From NCBI GenBank assembly GCA_001949185.1, contig BDGG01000012.1, positions 1,356,973-1,420,972 on the forward strand: DNA of 64,000 bases, given 5' to 3'. This DNA is from Ramazzottius varieornatus. Lineage: Eukaryota > Animalia > Tardigrada. Below are positions 13,345-26,200 of this stretch, one piece after another. Both the position numbers and the translations under genes were made by a program. Each line of letters starts with the position of its first letter. The stretch's first letter is position 1. Under the pieces are notes generated by a model. The model saw only the letters and a list, made by a program, of their open reading frames with translations. It searched no databases and was not told the DNA's origin.

Positions 13345-13648
13345 AGATCGGTTCAAGGAACACATTGTGATATTTTTGTCTAGCTATCTTGCGCCGTTCA
13401 TTCCTCTCCATTGGTCTGGGAGTATAAAGTTGCATGCTGGACATGCTTTCTGACAGCACAGATGATATTTTCAAATTTTACTGCCTAGTTTAATTTCCGA
13501 ACGTTCGACCACAAATTCTGGAAGAACTGTAAAGTGCCTCCAGTTGGTACAGTCAGCACAGACACTTGAATAAGCCAAGTAAAGGAAGTCAAAGGACTTA
13601 TCGGTCCACCATTCGTGGGATGGTGTTCCGTACCACAATAGTGAAAAA

Positions 13649-16067
13649 TCACTCGATATCAAAGATAGTTTTGTGGATATACGGAATGAATCTGGCAACA
13701 TCAGTGAACATACTGGCTTGTTGAACTGGACTGGACTTTCCTTTACGATTTGGCTGCAGCATCTTAGCTACGATGTTCGAGCCCGAGTCATGTTCGGCGC
13801 AAACGTTTTCAGTCCACAGGATGCCGGTCAGGAAATACTTGCCTTCGAAGAAGCATACCAGAGGACTTCCTGCAACTTCACGATCGTTAATTCTATCTTT
13901 ATAAGGTCAGTGGCTGGCCGGCTTGAGAAGAAAACAATGATGTAACGCGTACCGTTGTCTTCGCGGCATACGGGCCAGATCTTTCCTCTGTGGTCAACTT
14001 GCGGGAGCGCGCAAAATGATCTGTCGGGGAAGCTGTAGTAATCTCCTGGTTGTTCTTTCGCTTTTCGCACGTACGACTCGCACAGAGATTTATTTTGGTA
14101 GATGGGGCTGTAGTTGGTTTCCTTGAGGGTGACTAGCGGACCAATTTCATCGCCTTTATGAATGAGATGAGAAACGTCGACCGGAAAGTCAAGGAAAATG
14201 CGTCAATTAGACTATTCGATTCACAAAGTACCGGGTGTCCTTCGTTTCCATCCAAGAGCCACGCATTGGTTAATATCATCCCGGATAGATCTTTCGGGAA
14301 GGCTGCTATTCATTTGTGCTTCTCCACGAGGAACCATCAAATGCGCCGATGGCAGGCAGACGGTACATACTATGCTGTTGTCACAAGGAACCGCATAAAG
14401 CAACTCCACGATCCCAAGATTGTTGTCCAGGGTGGTCATGTTGAAATTTGGATGGATAAACACCGCTGCGCAGGACAGTTCGTTAGAGGAAACCTCGGTC
14501 AAAGTGACCCATTCTTCAAGCAAGGAAGTACATTAGTCTCACCTGCGATATCAAGATCCAGAGCGTTGTTCGCTTCGATGTTGTTGTTTCCCAGACGGAC
14601 ACCATACCGGGAGAAGGAGTCGCTGAAATCAGTGGATTGAGTAAGAACGACAACAGTACAGCACACAAGAATGTGGAAGATCACAAACCTGGTGAGAGTT
14701 ACACAGCTTGCTGTTGTTATCAGGTACTTTTCGGCGACTAGAGCTGCTCCGCAGCGAATACTTCCATCTACTTTAGACACAATGGAAGCTTGCCAGCACC
14801 TGCATTCAGTAACAATAGTTGGACCTTTCCCATGCAAGCTTCCGAGTTCCGACCGCCATACCACCGAGCGGAATGAAATGTGTTCCAGTTTTTTTAACTG
14901 TTGATTGAGTGACTTACCATCCGTCTTCCTGGTCTTGGTTCTTGTCGAGAGTAGGGTTACCGCTGTCGCCCCTCATGGTCGATTGAGGCCGGTTAAGGAA
15001 GTTGTTCCAGAGCTGAGGGGGTACCAGTGAGTCGTAGGTAGGTGGACGTTGGCTGTACTGGTCAGCGGTACTTGGGCCGACGACTGGTTGCATACCCAAG
15101 TTCCATCCGGTACCCGACATCCGGTTCACAGCAGTCTTCCAAGCCAGCATCTCATCCTCTTCTCCGCTTCGGCCAGCTGGGGCTCTGCTAGAAAACAAGA
15201 CGAAAAGCTGTTGAATCTTCCCCCCTAAGCTGCGTGTAGGCCAATAAATGGCTGTCAGAATAGTCCGTTGAATATTTGAAGAAATTATATCCGTAAAAGT
15301 ACGATAATCATAATGCAAAATAAAATACCTCCAATTTCGTTCTTTGCCGTGCTTGTATCCACAGGTCTCACACTTATTTATTTCAGGGTAGATACAACAT
15401 CGCCCGCTTCCTGGACACTGAAGATCCCACCAGGTAGGGTCACTATCCTGGAACAACTGACCGCCGGAAGTCAGGCACGCCTGTTCTTCGCTGTCAAAGA
15501 CCTCTGCCACAGCTCTACTGTTCCTGGTAACTTCCGAAGTGGGGTTTGGCCACTCAGTCGTGTTAGTGTCAGTCTTAGGTGCCCGCGTCGTTGTTGGGCT
15601 CCAGAACTGAGTGGATGGCGCGAAGGAAGGCTGGGGCAATTTCAGTAACATACAGTAGCCATTTTGTTGGTTCTTTGTATCAGGTTTTGGTCGGGAGAAA
15701 CAGTTCTTCCGCACGCAACACACACTACAGTTCCACGTGCGAGAGTCTTCATCGATGGATCGAGGAACCGTACCTATCTGGATGCAGGTCTCAACATTCT
15801 CAGCGCAGATACCATAGCCTCGTTTGATACCCCGCTTTTGAATAGTCCCATCCGGCAGGATTTGTTCGTCGCCCGGAGTGATCCACATGCATTCGCTCAT
15901 GTTTCCGGGTCCCAAAACCTTCTGAAGCAACTCTGCAACGAACCGGTCGTTCTAACTAAAGCGCTTCGTGGAAACTCTGTTTCTTACTTACCTGGAGAAT
16001 CTTCCCACGATCGCTGCCCATATGCGACCACGCCCAACACCAGAACAGACACAATCGGCAAAATCAT
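13649..16067 (-). CDS. Secreted serine protease homologue (trypsin fold, non-catalytic) with Cys-rich clip-like N-terminal modules
   Basis: Signal peptide MILPIVSVLVLGVVAYG, two Cys-rich modules ending in CC and a Thr/Pro linker. Trypsin motifs WQASI..CGAALV..LITTASC, LDNNLGIVEL, CVALGW, CREDNGSPLVC and FTDVARFIPYI; stop TGA 13649-13651. Confidence 0.85.
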
Positions 16068-16688
16068 AATTATGCTCGCATAGACCTGTCGATACGGAGA
16101 AAATTGTCCCTACAAAATGAAGATCGAGGCTTTTCAGAAACCATGTTATTTTCTGAGATGCATGGCAAAGGCTCTGCTCAGTGGCACGGGCATCCATCTG
16201 CTCTAGCTGAAATGGTTAAGGGAATTTTCTTTGTTTCAAGTTATTGCTGAAACAAAAGTCTCAAGACATCGTCGTCGCCTTCTTTGTTCGGACTGGCATG
16301 CAAAGCAGCAGGGGGCCGTAAGCGAAGCATTCAAGAGAAGTAACTCTGCCTCTTTCTCGACGGAGACTTCTTTTTCCCTGCATCCCACCCTTGGGGAATA
16401 TACCCATAATCACCGACAGTCATTCCACTCATGGAGAATTCTTTTTATACAATCGTAGTTGCTAAAAAGGTTACATACAGTATTATGGGCCAAATTTTCC
16501 ATCACGGATCGCGGGAATCTGACTAGGAAGAACCAAGATCAGGAAGAACATCACAAAGTAAAACACTGTACACAAAATCATGTGAATTCAAAAGGCTTCG
16601 GTTCGATATTGCGTTAACAGGAAAGGTAAATTCAAAGTAAACCCAGCAATCGTACCGAAAAATTACCACAAACTCAAGCCAGCAAGCA

Positions 16689-18039
16689 CTACAACTCGGA
16701 CAGGATTTGCTCCAGTCTGGCAAGCAAAACAGGAAGCGCCAATGTTCCATCCTCGGTTTCATCTTTGGCGAGCTTCCTCAGCACAGCCGCCTTACTTTTC
16801 AGCTTCTTGATTTCACACCCGACCGTCGCCAAAGCTCCACGCAATTTCTCCCGCAACTCTTTCCGAGCTCTTTCTTCCTGCTTGCGACTATCATCAACAT
16901 CAACTGCCTTACTTGTCCGCTTTCTTTTGCTGACTTGTGAAGCCGGCGAGTCAGTCAACGGAAACGATTCTTTCTCAACCAGACCTATCATCTGCAACAG
17001 ATTCTCATCTGGACTGTCTGACAATGGAGCAGCTAAGATGTCTTCTTCAGCGCAAAGCGACTGTTGATAGTTACGAAGAAAGTGATGGTCAATGGCGTTA
17101 CTTTCTATCGGAACTTTAGTGGCCTCGCTATAAACTGTTTCCGGAGGTTTCGCCATCAAACCGAACAACCGCAGTACTTCATCCGGAACAAGTTTGAGCT
17201 TGTGCTCTTCGAGAGATTCTACACAGTCCGCAAGAGCTGCGCGGATCTGTACGTAGTCCTTGTCCCTTAACGTTCGTAACCGTTTCACACTGCGTATTAA
17301 ATCAGCGCAGTCTTCGTCCTCGGCTGAATCTGCACTGGTCCATCGTTTAGCTACAAGGTCCATCTCGCACTGTGTCTCTCTGTTACTGGCGGGTTCTGGT
17401 GAGGACCGGGAAGCAGGTTCGCCACTGACTTGAGAAGGAGTTTTCTGTAGCAAGAACGGCGAGCACTCCAAACCATTTCCCATTCTGGGTATGGTCAGGC
17501 TTATGTCACTGCGAAAGGACAAGTCTTGTGGGGTTTCATCGCTTTCGTCCGAATCAAACACCGGCAGGACTTTAGCGGGTTGTGCCACATCGCACGCGTC
17601 AGAGCGAGAGGTAACATTGCACAAAAGGCTCGAAACAGAATTGTTGGACGCTGTACTTGGGTAGACAAACCTGAAAAGAAACGCAGACACTCGTTATACG
17701 CATACAAATCTTAGGTGACCGTGGCGTCGTACGCATCGCAAAAGCTTTCCCTGTCGGAGTATATCTCCAACGAGAACGATACCTTGTTTGCGGGAAGTGG
17801 AAGCGATGTTGTGGATGTGCAGGAAGCTGCACTGGTACGAAGGTGCTGCCCATTGGGTAGTTTATTGCTGGGAAAGGGAGGTGAATAGGAACACCCGATA
17901 TTTCCGACGGAAAACCGAACATTGTTGGGTACGTCGGGTACTGGAAACTCATGGATGCTGTACGAGGAAGACCTGTAGTGTCTGACGGTATCTGATTACT
18001 TGCGAAGGCCTGAGCTGCAGATCCACAGGGAGGTCCCAT
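16689..18039 (-). CDS. Uncharacterised protein (Pro-rich N-terminus, acidic/Ser-rich middle, predicted helical/coiled-coil C-terminus); start uncertain
   Basis: A 147-aa and a 333-aa ORF are joined in frame by GT-AG intron ~17671-17782; no family motif recognised. Confidence 0.6.
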
Positions 18040-18348
18040 CACGAATCCAAAGGGCTGCTGCAGGGTCTGTGGTATTTTTTGCTAAAGAAGACACATAAGT
18101 TGCGCGAAATAAGGGTGAAAGCGCTGTATGAGTCTGTTCAATTACCGAGGATGCTGGAATAGGACAGACAAACCGATAGGCTACTCCAATATTGCTAGAG
18201 GAAGGCAACTGCAAATCACTCATGGGGAGCTTCGATCCGCGCTGGTCACTTCGACTGGCTACCTGGAGGTATCTTCCGTGTTCCATCTCACGCGGATCGA
18301 GTCCTCATCCCGTTAAATCATCCAGAGGATACCTGCGGAAACACAGTA

Positions 18349-18468
18349 CTGTAATGCTTCATGAACTTCGCGAGTTACGTCATTGTGAGCGTACGGTGTA
18401 TGCGTCATTATACCCGTAAACCCTACGCGCACTAGACGTCACTTTGCGAAGTTCATGAAGTATTACAG
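18349..18468. mobile_element. 120-bp palindromic MITE flanked by TA (Tc1/mariner-type target duplication)
   Basis: CTGTAATGCTTCATGAACTTCGC ... GCGAAGTTCATGAAGTATTACAG (23-bp TIR, 1 mismatch), TA at 18347-18348 and 18469-18470; the interior is also partly self-complementary. Confidence 0.7.
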
Positions 18469-19177
18469 TACACAGATCAGGTAATGTTTCATACTTCGCT
18501 CAAACGGATCAAAATCTGGGGCGCAACACACCAGCCGATGTGCAAAGCAAGCGTACCTTCAATCGTGCGCGAACTCACGTACTGTCCGAGCTGGGGTATC
18601 CTGACTTTGGGTTCAGGAGGATGCTTTAACGATTGTGCGAAACTGAGTAATTATAGCAGTATTCGCTGTCGACTAGCTTATTCAGATCTCATTCCACAGA
18701 GCAACCATAACACTTTCCGTGAGCAAAAATTCCGCAGCTGTCATGGCCTGGTAGCCGTCAGCTAATGATTGGAAGAGGTGGACATCGGACAGTAGCGATT
18801 CGGGCCAGGAAAATTAATTATGGAAACAATCAGTTTCGGTCAGAGCACAAAGACATGGTTAGCGATCACTCGTGGTCGCGTCATCGGTCGTTCTGAATTT
18901 CTGACTTTCGAGGAACGGTGGATTGACCCTTGCAGGTTGAAGCCCGATTAGTTAACATTTTGCGGATGGCCAGTTGAACTTAATCGCAAAGTCCCTTTTG
19001 CTGTGAGGGCTTGATTGTTGATTAAATTTTCGTGGCTAGTACAGTACAGTAGGCGTAAGTGTTCCAACATACAGTTTCCGTGGTCGATTCCGAAACTCAA
19101 CCGAAACTCAGGAATGTAAGAACTAACGTCTGTTGTCTCCTCGTAGGTTACACTTGGAAGTGCTACAGGCTGTGAGG

Positions 19178-20514
19178 ATGCCGTATATGACAAGAAGTCG
19201 TCAAGCCCAGGCGGCGAATGCTGGAACAGCTCAGCCTGCAGATGCGCAGTTGCGTCTTTCCTTGGATGTACCCGCTCCACCTCGACCACCTCGTCCTCCA
19301 GCTGTCAACAAGCGAAAGAAACCTATGCAATCCCAAAGTGACGGGTTGGCTGCGTTCTCCAAAGAAGCTCTGTATTCGCCTCCGGAGATTCCAGTCGTTC
19401 CCAAAGTACAGCGTCACACTTTCCCCAAAGGCTATCCGGTCAAGTTCAGTGAACCTGTTCGACTTAGCAAAAGATTCCCCACCGTGCAGTTCCGAACAGA
19501 AAGCGCAGTGGCATCTGTAAGCTTTGTCGATCTACCAGGACAAGAACGTGGGGCGAATTCTGAACGACCTCCTGACTCTGCTGTGATAATTTTTGCTGAT
19601 GAATCCGATCGACATTCAGGCTCACCTCATTCAAAGCAAAAACATTCCTTGCGACTAGTTCGAAGCACATCTTCCCACTGGACTGTGGTTCCTCCGGCTG
19701 ACGGCATACCTGCGTCCCTTCATGAACTACCTCTACCTCCACTTTCCAGTCCTTATGGTAGAGTAGCAGTAACTGAGACCTTATCGATAGCTAGTTACAG
19801 ATGAACTTCGCCTTCATACTAGACATAACTAATAAAATATTCTTTTACTCCTATGTAGTATCTCCGCCACGGAAAGGTCCACTGCGAAAGTCGCCAGTTC
19901 AAGCCAAGAAGCCGCTGATCAAAGACACAGGCAAAGGCAGCCCGAGGAAGAAGAAACGCAGAGTTGGGGAAGCCATCCTGACAAGAAGGTCCTCCTCGAG
20001 CGAGTCCTTCCATTCTGAAGTCCTAGGGACGGATGAACCGTCGCTGTCAGCCAGCTCGAATGAAGACTCGCGTGCCGATGCACCCGCTTCGACGTCCAAC
20101 GGTGACGGCCTGGGTAATCCGAACAAGACCCAAGGACCGGTAAGTCGAGTACCAACATTCAGTGTCGCCCAGAAGGAAGCCATCGGTACGTTGTTCCACA
20201 ACGACGACTCACTGTCTGAGAGAATGACTTCGTTGAAAGAATGGACAGTGTCTGAAAGCGCAAAGGTACTTCAAACCGGTCGTCTGAGACAGAGTCTGAA
20301 AGCAGCGGCAGGCGAGGTCCTGAGCGCGTCCAATACAGGGTCCACCATCTCGATCGATACGGTGGACTTGGTCAGAGAAACTCTTAGGAATAAGATGGCT
20401 GAGTCGGAAGATATAAATGAGCTGAAACGGCGATTGTGTATTCAGATTATTCGTTCTCGGCAGAAAGATTACAATGTTTATAGTGATCCAGTGAAACCTC
20501 AACTGATGCTGTGA
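19178..20514 (+). CDS. Uncharacterised Pro/Ser/Lys/Arg-rich, probably disordered nuclear protein (~411 aa)
   Basis: Two long ORFs joined in frame by intron 19758-19858; NLS-like VNKRKK and SPRKKKRR; helical C-terminus. Confidence 0.7.
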
Positions 20515-21241
20515 TAGTTTCGTTGTACTTCGCTTTGTGCTGTACAGGATATACTCGCAGTACCGATAAATCGCAACGTTTTAGTTTTTATCATCATCAG
20601 TGACTTCATAACCGATCGGAATGTACACTAATCAAAATGAGGCATTCTTTACCGGTTCAGAAACAAAACAAAATTTCCTGGAATGTGTATGAATTTTTCA
20701 GACAATTTAGCAAGCTCATTTTGGACTATCCGTCACTATCGACAGGCTTTGTGAGAATTGTTTGGTTAAATAGAGTGAATCTAACCTCCTTCGATGTTGA
20801 CAACAAACGCTATTGAGTTGTAGGATAAAAGGCTAGCACCATTATGCGTTTTCTTGGCGCAGAAACCGTCTGGGCTTGTTCTCGTTTGCTAACTCGTGAT
20901 CGAAAACTGACCGCGGGCTGCAGCCGGAAGCGGTTCGCGCGAAGTTTTTGTAGTTCCAGACCACGATATTGGTGACATGTCCGCTGGTTTGATAATCGAT
21001 GGCTTCACGAGGGCATGTGTCGGATGCTTGTTGTTAACACGAAACTACAGTGCTGTACAACAATCTCGTGGTCGAAGGGTAGGTGTTTACCATTGGAATT
21101 TTTATCTTTCATAATCATGTTTCTGTTACAAGAGCCCCAGATTGCAGGTTTTATTTGAAGTGTAACATGATCTTTTCGAGGTGACACCGATCCCGTAAAG
21201 TCCAGTCACATCTAAACACTGTTTTCCATTGACGTGATGAG

Positions 21242-22741
21242 ATGGCTTTTAAAACCCGAGAACGACTAGGATCGTTCGGATATCGAACTCGCCGTGGATC
21301 TCTGGACGCCATCTCGGAGTCCAACAACTTCCATGAATCGAACGGTCGGAAATGGTGTAGTACAGGCACTTCTGAGTTACTTCCGGGTCAATCAGTGGGT
21401 CTCGAGATCGACCACATCATTGAGACGCGGAAGACACCATTCAACGATGTACTGCTCGTCAAGAGGTACGCGTACTCATAAGCAGGCGGGAAATACCCTG
21501 TCCACTGAGCCTCATCGTTTCAAGCAACTCCATATTCCAAAGAAGTGATTAATGGTTGAAATATTATCGTGAAGTTATTCCGTTCTGTTTTGTTTTAGCA
21601 AAACCTTCAAAGAGACACTAATCCTCAACGGCATCCCTCATCTGACAAAAACCGATGGATTCGTTCCGTTTGAAATGGCGACCCATGTTCCCTTGCTCTG
21701 TCATCCCGATCCTCGACACATTCTCATTGTCGGTGGTATGGATGGATCCGGATTGACCGCAGAGATCCTGAAGCATCCCTCGGTTGAGTCTATTCATCAT
21801 TGTGAAGAGGACAGTGAAATGGTTGAATTGGTGAAGAAGACCTTCCGGGTTTCTGGCTTCGACCACGATAACCCCAAGTACAAATACTTCTCGATGAACG
21901 CCAAAGATTTCCTTCGGAATAAAGACGGTCAATACGATGTCATCATCACAGATCGAAGCTTGACCACACGTAAGTAGAGTTAAATGTCATGGTTCGCAGT
22001 GTGATTACATGCTTCTCTAGAGTTTTTCTCGTTCTTACAGACGAAGCTGACCCGGGCATATTCGGAGTATCGTATTTTGAACTGATCAAGGACGCTTTAA
22101 AGCGTAATGGGATCGCAGTGACCCTAAGTACGCAGCTCGAAGCACCGCATGCGTCCTTTGAGCTCCCTATTCCAGTTATCGGAGTTCATGTTATTGGTCT
22201 TATAGGTTGGGGAATATGGATCGAACTACGCCCACCGGACAAAATTCTCAAAGAGAACATCAGATGGATTAGGAACCTCTTTCCGTCAGTAAACTACTAC
22301 GCGGTATCTGCGCCATCTTTCCCGACCGGACAAGGTTCTTTTGTCTTGATCTTCTCCGTCTTGGAACCTGTGGCAAGATACCGTGATATTCATGCCTGAA
22401 GTCAACCGGGCTGGTTTTGTTTGTAGGGGGCTACATAATAGCATCGAAAGAAGAGGTACGCCTTCGTTGAATTATTCAGATATAGTGGAGCTGCCCACAA
22501 CTTGTCGAAAATTCTGAACTTGTTTCTGTAGAACAAAGATTTCAAGACGCCCCTCAGAAATTTGTCAGAATCAGAAATGAAACCCTGGAAGCTACGATAC
22601 TACAACCCGGAAGTACACTTTGCGGCTTTTGCTCTTCCCCAGTTTGCAAAGCAGCAGCTTTTCCCGCCAAAACCTCAGATCGTGGACGAAACAAGGCGTC
22701 TCGATCTGCCACGACAGCTATGCTTGAGCACCTCATGCTGA
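21242..22741 (+). CDS. Divergent spermidine synthase-like (aminopropyltransferase fold) protein
   Basis: Exons ~21242-21465, 21599-21969, 22041-22127, 22206-22333, 22427-22455, 22532-22741. Motifs PGQSVGLEID, PLLCHPDPRHILIVGG, YDVIITD, LFPSVNY..PSFPTGQ and LRYYNPEVHFAAFALPQF. Confidence 0.9.
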
Positions 22742-23210
22742 AAGTCTGTTGTCTGGATCGCATGTCACGAGGCGAGCTGCTACGTTCGTTAGGCTCCGTA
22801 CTGAGTGTTTACGCCTGGTTAGCGAAGATAACTTCTTGACAATTCTTGTTGTCGTTTCTTTGCATGCTCGAATCTTCGCTAGCTAGTTGCAGCCGTACTC
22901 ATTATCTGAAAATATCGCAGTTCATGCGATCATGTCGAACCACAAAACCTCACCATAGGGACTGTGACGACTATACGATTACCTTTTCCACACTTCGTCT
23001 GCTCAGGAGTGATTACCCAATAAACCCATGTGTTCGAGGAAGGACGGGAAGATGAGCGTGCGTGCGAAGAACCGAGAAGCAATTAATAGTGGAAGTCCGG
23101 TAGCTAGAATGAAAATCAGATTCAATCTAAATGACTGCTTGGAATGAAATTATGAACAATGGACGATCTTGAAATACTATAGAACGTCATACAGCAGTCA
23201 TGTTGTCGTG

Positions 23211-26200
23211 TCATTGTAATCTGTCCTCTGCTGGGAGTAATAGGCTTGTCGTCCTGGCATCTTCCATTTCTTCCACCAGGTTTTGAATGTCAGAAATGCC
23301 GAAAGTTCTAGCAGCATGGTAGCACCGATCAGCAATCTCTGTCCTTCTCATCCGGTAATTCAGGATAGCCAGACACGCCCATACATCCGGGTTCTTATTG
23401 TCCAAATAGTTAGCTTCTTGCAGCATACTCTCCGCCAGTGCGAGGTCCTTCCCTTCAATCAAGCAGGCTCGACCACATCCCAGCCATGTCTGGCATGTCG
23501 GATGAAGAGTTGCCGCACGGTAGAACATTTCTTCCGCTTTCCTAGAATGCTGATACTTCTCGGACAATCTTCCGTAACAGTAGTACATCTGGAACTGATC
23601 GGTGATGGGCGTCGAAAGGGACATCGCCCGCCGGAAGTTCTCAGCCGCTTCCTTGTGCCTTCCTTGTATGTAGCACACTCGTCCCAAATAAGCGAAAATG
23701 TCAGCGGTTTCTACATCGACCTCCTGAAGTCTATTCAAGAACTCTTCGGTATTGCTGTATCGTCGTTGTTCGATAAGGGACAACACGCAAGCGCGCCAGT
23801 AGACAGGGTCTCGAATACTGCAAGTATCCTTCAGCCTCTCAACACAGGCATTGGTCATTTTGTGGAGACCTAGACTGGCGAAGCTGCTGATCGCGTACCA
23901 GAAGATGTTCTCCAGTGGTGGGCTTGGTTCCGCTTTCGGCGGAGAGGGAACATCCAGCTGGTTAAATATGGCTTCGAGTTTGGTAGGGTCCATCCGAAGC
24001 TTGTCGGTTTCAACAACAGCAGCTCCGGCTGCGCCTTTGCCATCCTTCCTGCCGGGCGTGGACTTTACACCGGAAGTACCACTTGTAGTATGGGACGGTG
24101 TGATCAGGTGAGGGTGCTTGGCAGTATCGGACGGTGCCGCCATAACGTATTCGGCTGCCTCTGTAAAACACTTATCATTCAATGTACAGTACTTGATGGG
24201 TATTGGAAACATCGGAACTGTCGAGTACCTTCTTCTGCGACGGTCCGCAGGAAGTCATTATACAGGTCTGCATGTGCGCTCTCCAGCCCCAAAGCCTTCC
24301 TAGCCTCAGCGAAAGCTCTGCCTGTTATGATCTCCGAACTTCCTTGTCCGCGCTGTGCAGCAGCCATCTGATTGAACAGACCAAGGGCGATCCAGCTCAG
24401 CGGGGATTTCGGATACAGCAAGGTCGCCGACTCGAAGAAAACAGCCGCTTTCTCTACGTCCTCTTGCTCCAAGTAACAATATCCACTGAGTAACAACCCA
24501 TTGAAATTTGTAAAGTCATCCAGCAGCATTTCTTTGAAAGCCTTTTCCGCTTCGATGTACCTATCACAACGCATGTAGAACTGCCCGAGGTCTTGCCACA
24601 TTTGAAGGTCAGTCGGTGCGGCCTTCGTTCTTTCCATGAAGTATTCTTCGGCTTTTGTTCTCTCATCATCGAGTTCAGCTTCCAGAGCTAGTACCCGCAA
24701 ATGCCGAACATCGATTGGCGGCTGTATATCCATCGGGGTGTCGTGGCACTTCCGCTTGACGTGGTCCAGTGCGAAGTGAACGTACTGCATAAGGTCCACG
24801 TACAGGTTCGACAGGAAGACATCGAAGTCGCGCGGATTACCGAACGGCTGAGTCAGCTTATACTTTTCTTGTGTCAACCGAGCGATATAGAACTTGAGTT
24901 GTTCCTTCAAAGCAGAGAAGTCTCCCGAGTCCGTCAGCCGGGTTTCGATAATGTGCAGTGTATCTTCCTGGACCTTCTTCAGGTCAGTCTTATCGACTAC
25001 TTTTTCTTTCGAGTTTGGTAGAGTTCCTTGCGCATTTTCGTAGTTTGGAGTTTCTTGCTGGAGTAGATCAGCAAACAGGTAACACATCGACTGCATCTGT
25101 TTATTCAGCGCACCTTCCGCCATGACACCCTGACTATCTTTGTGGGGAACTTCGCGACCTTCTGCCGGCTGGATCAGCGATTTCAGACGTACGATAGTTT
25201 CGCCGTGCGTCTTTCGTTCGACAAGGGGACGATCCAGCTTTATCTCCAGATGGAGGTACGTGTGGCTGTGCTGGTAGAGGACAGACTCAGGTTCACTTGC
25301 AGCACCTGGAGGACGAAAAACAAGCATCTGTTTTTAAATACTGCGAATACGCATCGTACTCGAATGCGCTGCATGGTACTCAATTACTCCACATACAATA
25401 CATCGTTTTGGAAATTCTAACATACCGCCGACTTCATGCAGTTTACTCGGACTGTGACGATCCGGGACGTGCTCTGTCGTCTTCTTGGCATTCACACTGA
25501 TACGGCTATTCTGATCCAGCGCCCCCTTCGTGTTCAAAGCGTTGCTGGCAGCCTTGACCATGTCCAGAGCGACGCTATGCCGCCCCGTTTTCTTCAGAAA
25601 GTGATTGTTGTCGAATGGATTGACAAAGTAGGCGCCACTGATGCTGGTAGCCCCCGGATACAACAAGGGTTTCATATCCACAAAGGCTACACCATGGCGC
25701 GGAAGTGCCGCATCCTCTGGCGATGCCACCTCGTGATTCCCTTTCTTCTTGGCCGCCGCGCCATGCTTTGTTTCCTGGTGCGCCACCTCAAAAATCTCAA
25801 AAGGCCACACCATGGACGAACTAGCCTGTGTCCGGAAAGCGGTTTCGGCATTGTTCGATAGCACACAACGAAACTCCGTCAAGATCGGAACCTGGAAGAA
25901 CAATTACGTAACAATAACGAAGACCCATCCCGAAAGTATTTATTTATGCAGAAGAATACTTACCACAGGTCGTTGTTTTTCGATTTCATGTCGTTCATGC
26001 CACTGCGAAGGTTCGGCAAACTCGCCCTGTTCCGCCAAGTAATTCTTGTCAGCGAACCTTTCCCTCTTGTTGACACTTTCACCCAGCACTTGCGGATGAT
26101 GAGGCCATTTCTTTACCATGAGCTGCGGAGATGGCTTTGGTATGATGGTCTTGTTCGGTGCCACAAGCGTACGTTCATGCTCCGAACTACGTGGTAGGGT

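Noticed and set aside
14130-14155. GDEIGPLV as the degenerate catalytic-Ser motif
   Set aside because: By position it follows CVALGW; the true GDSGGP equivalent is CREDNGSPLVC further downstream.
23283-25861. Several long plus-strand ORFs (up to 196 aa)
   Set aside because: Antisense shadows of CFAP70 exons with no motifs.
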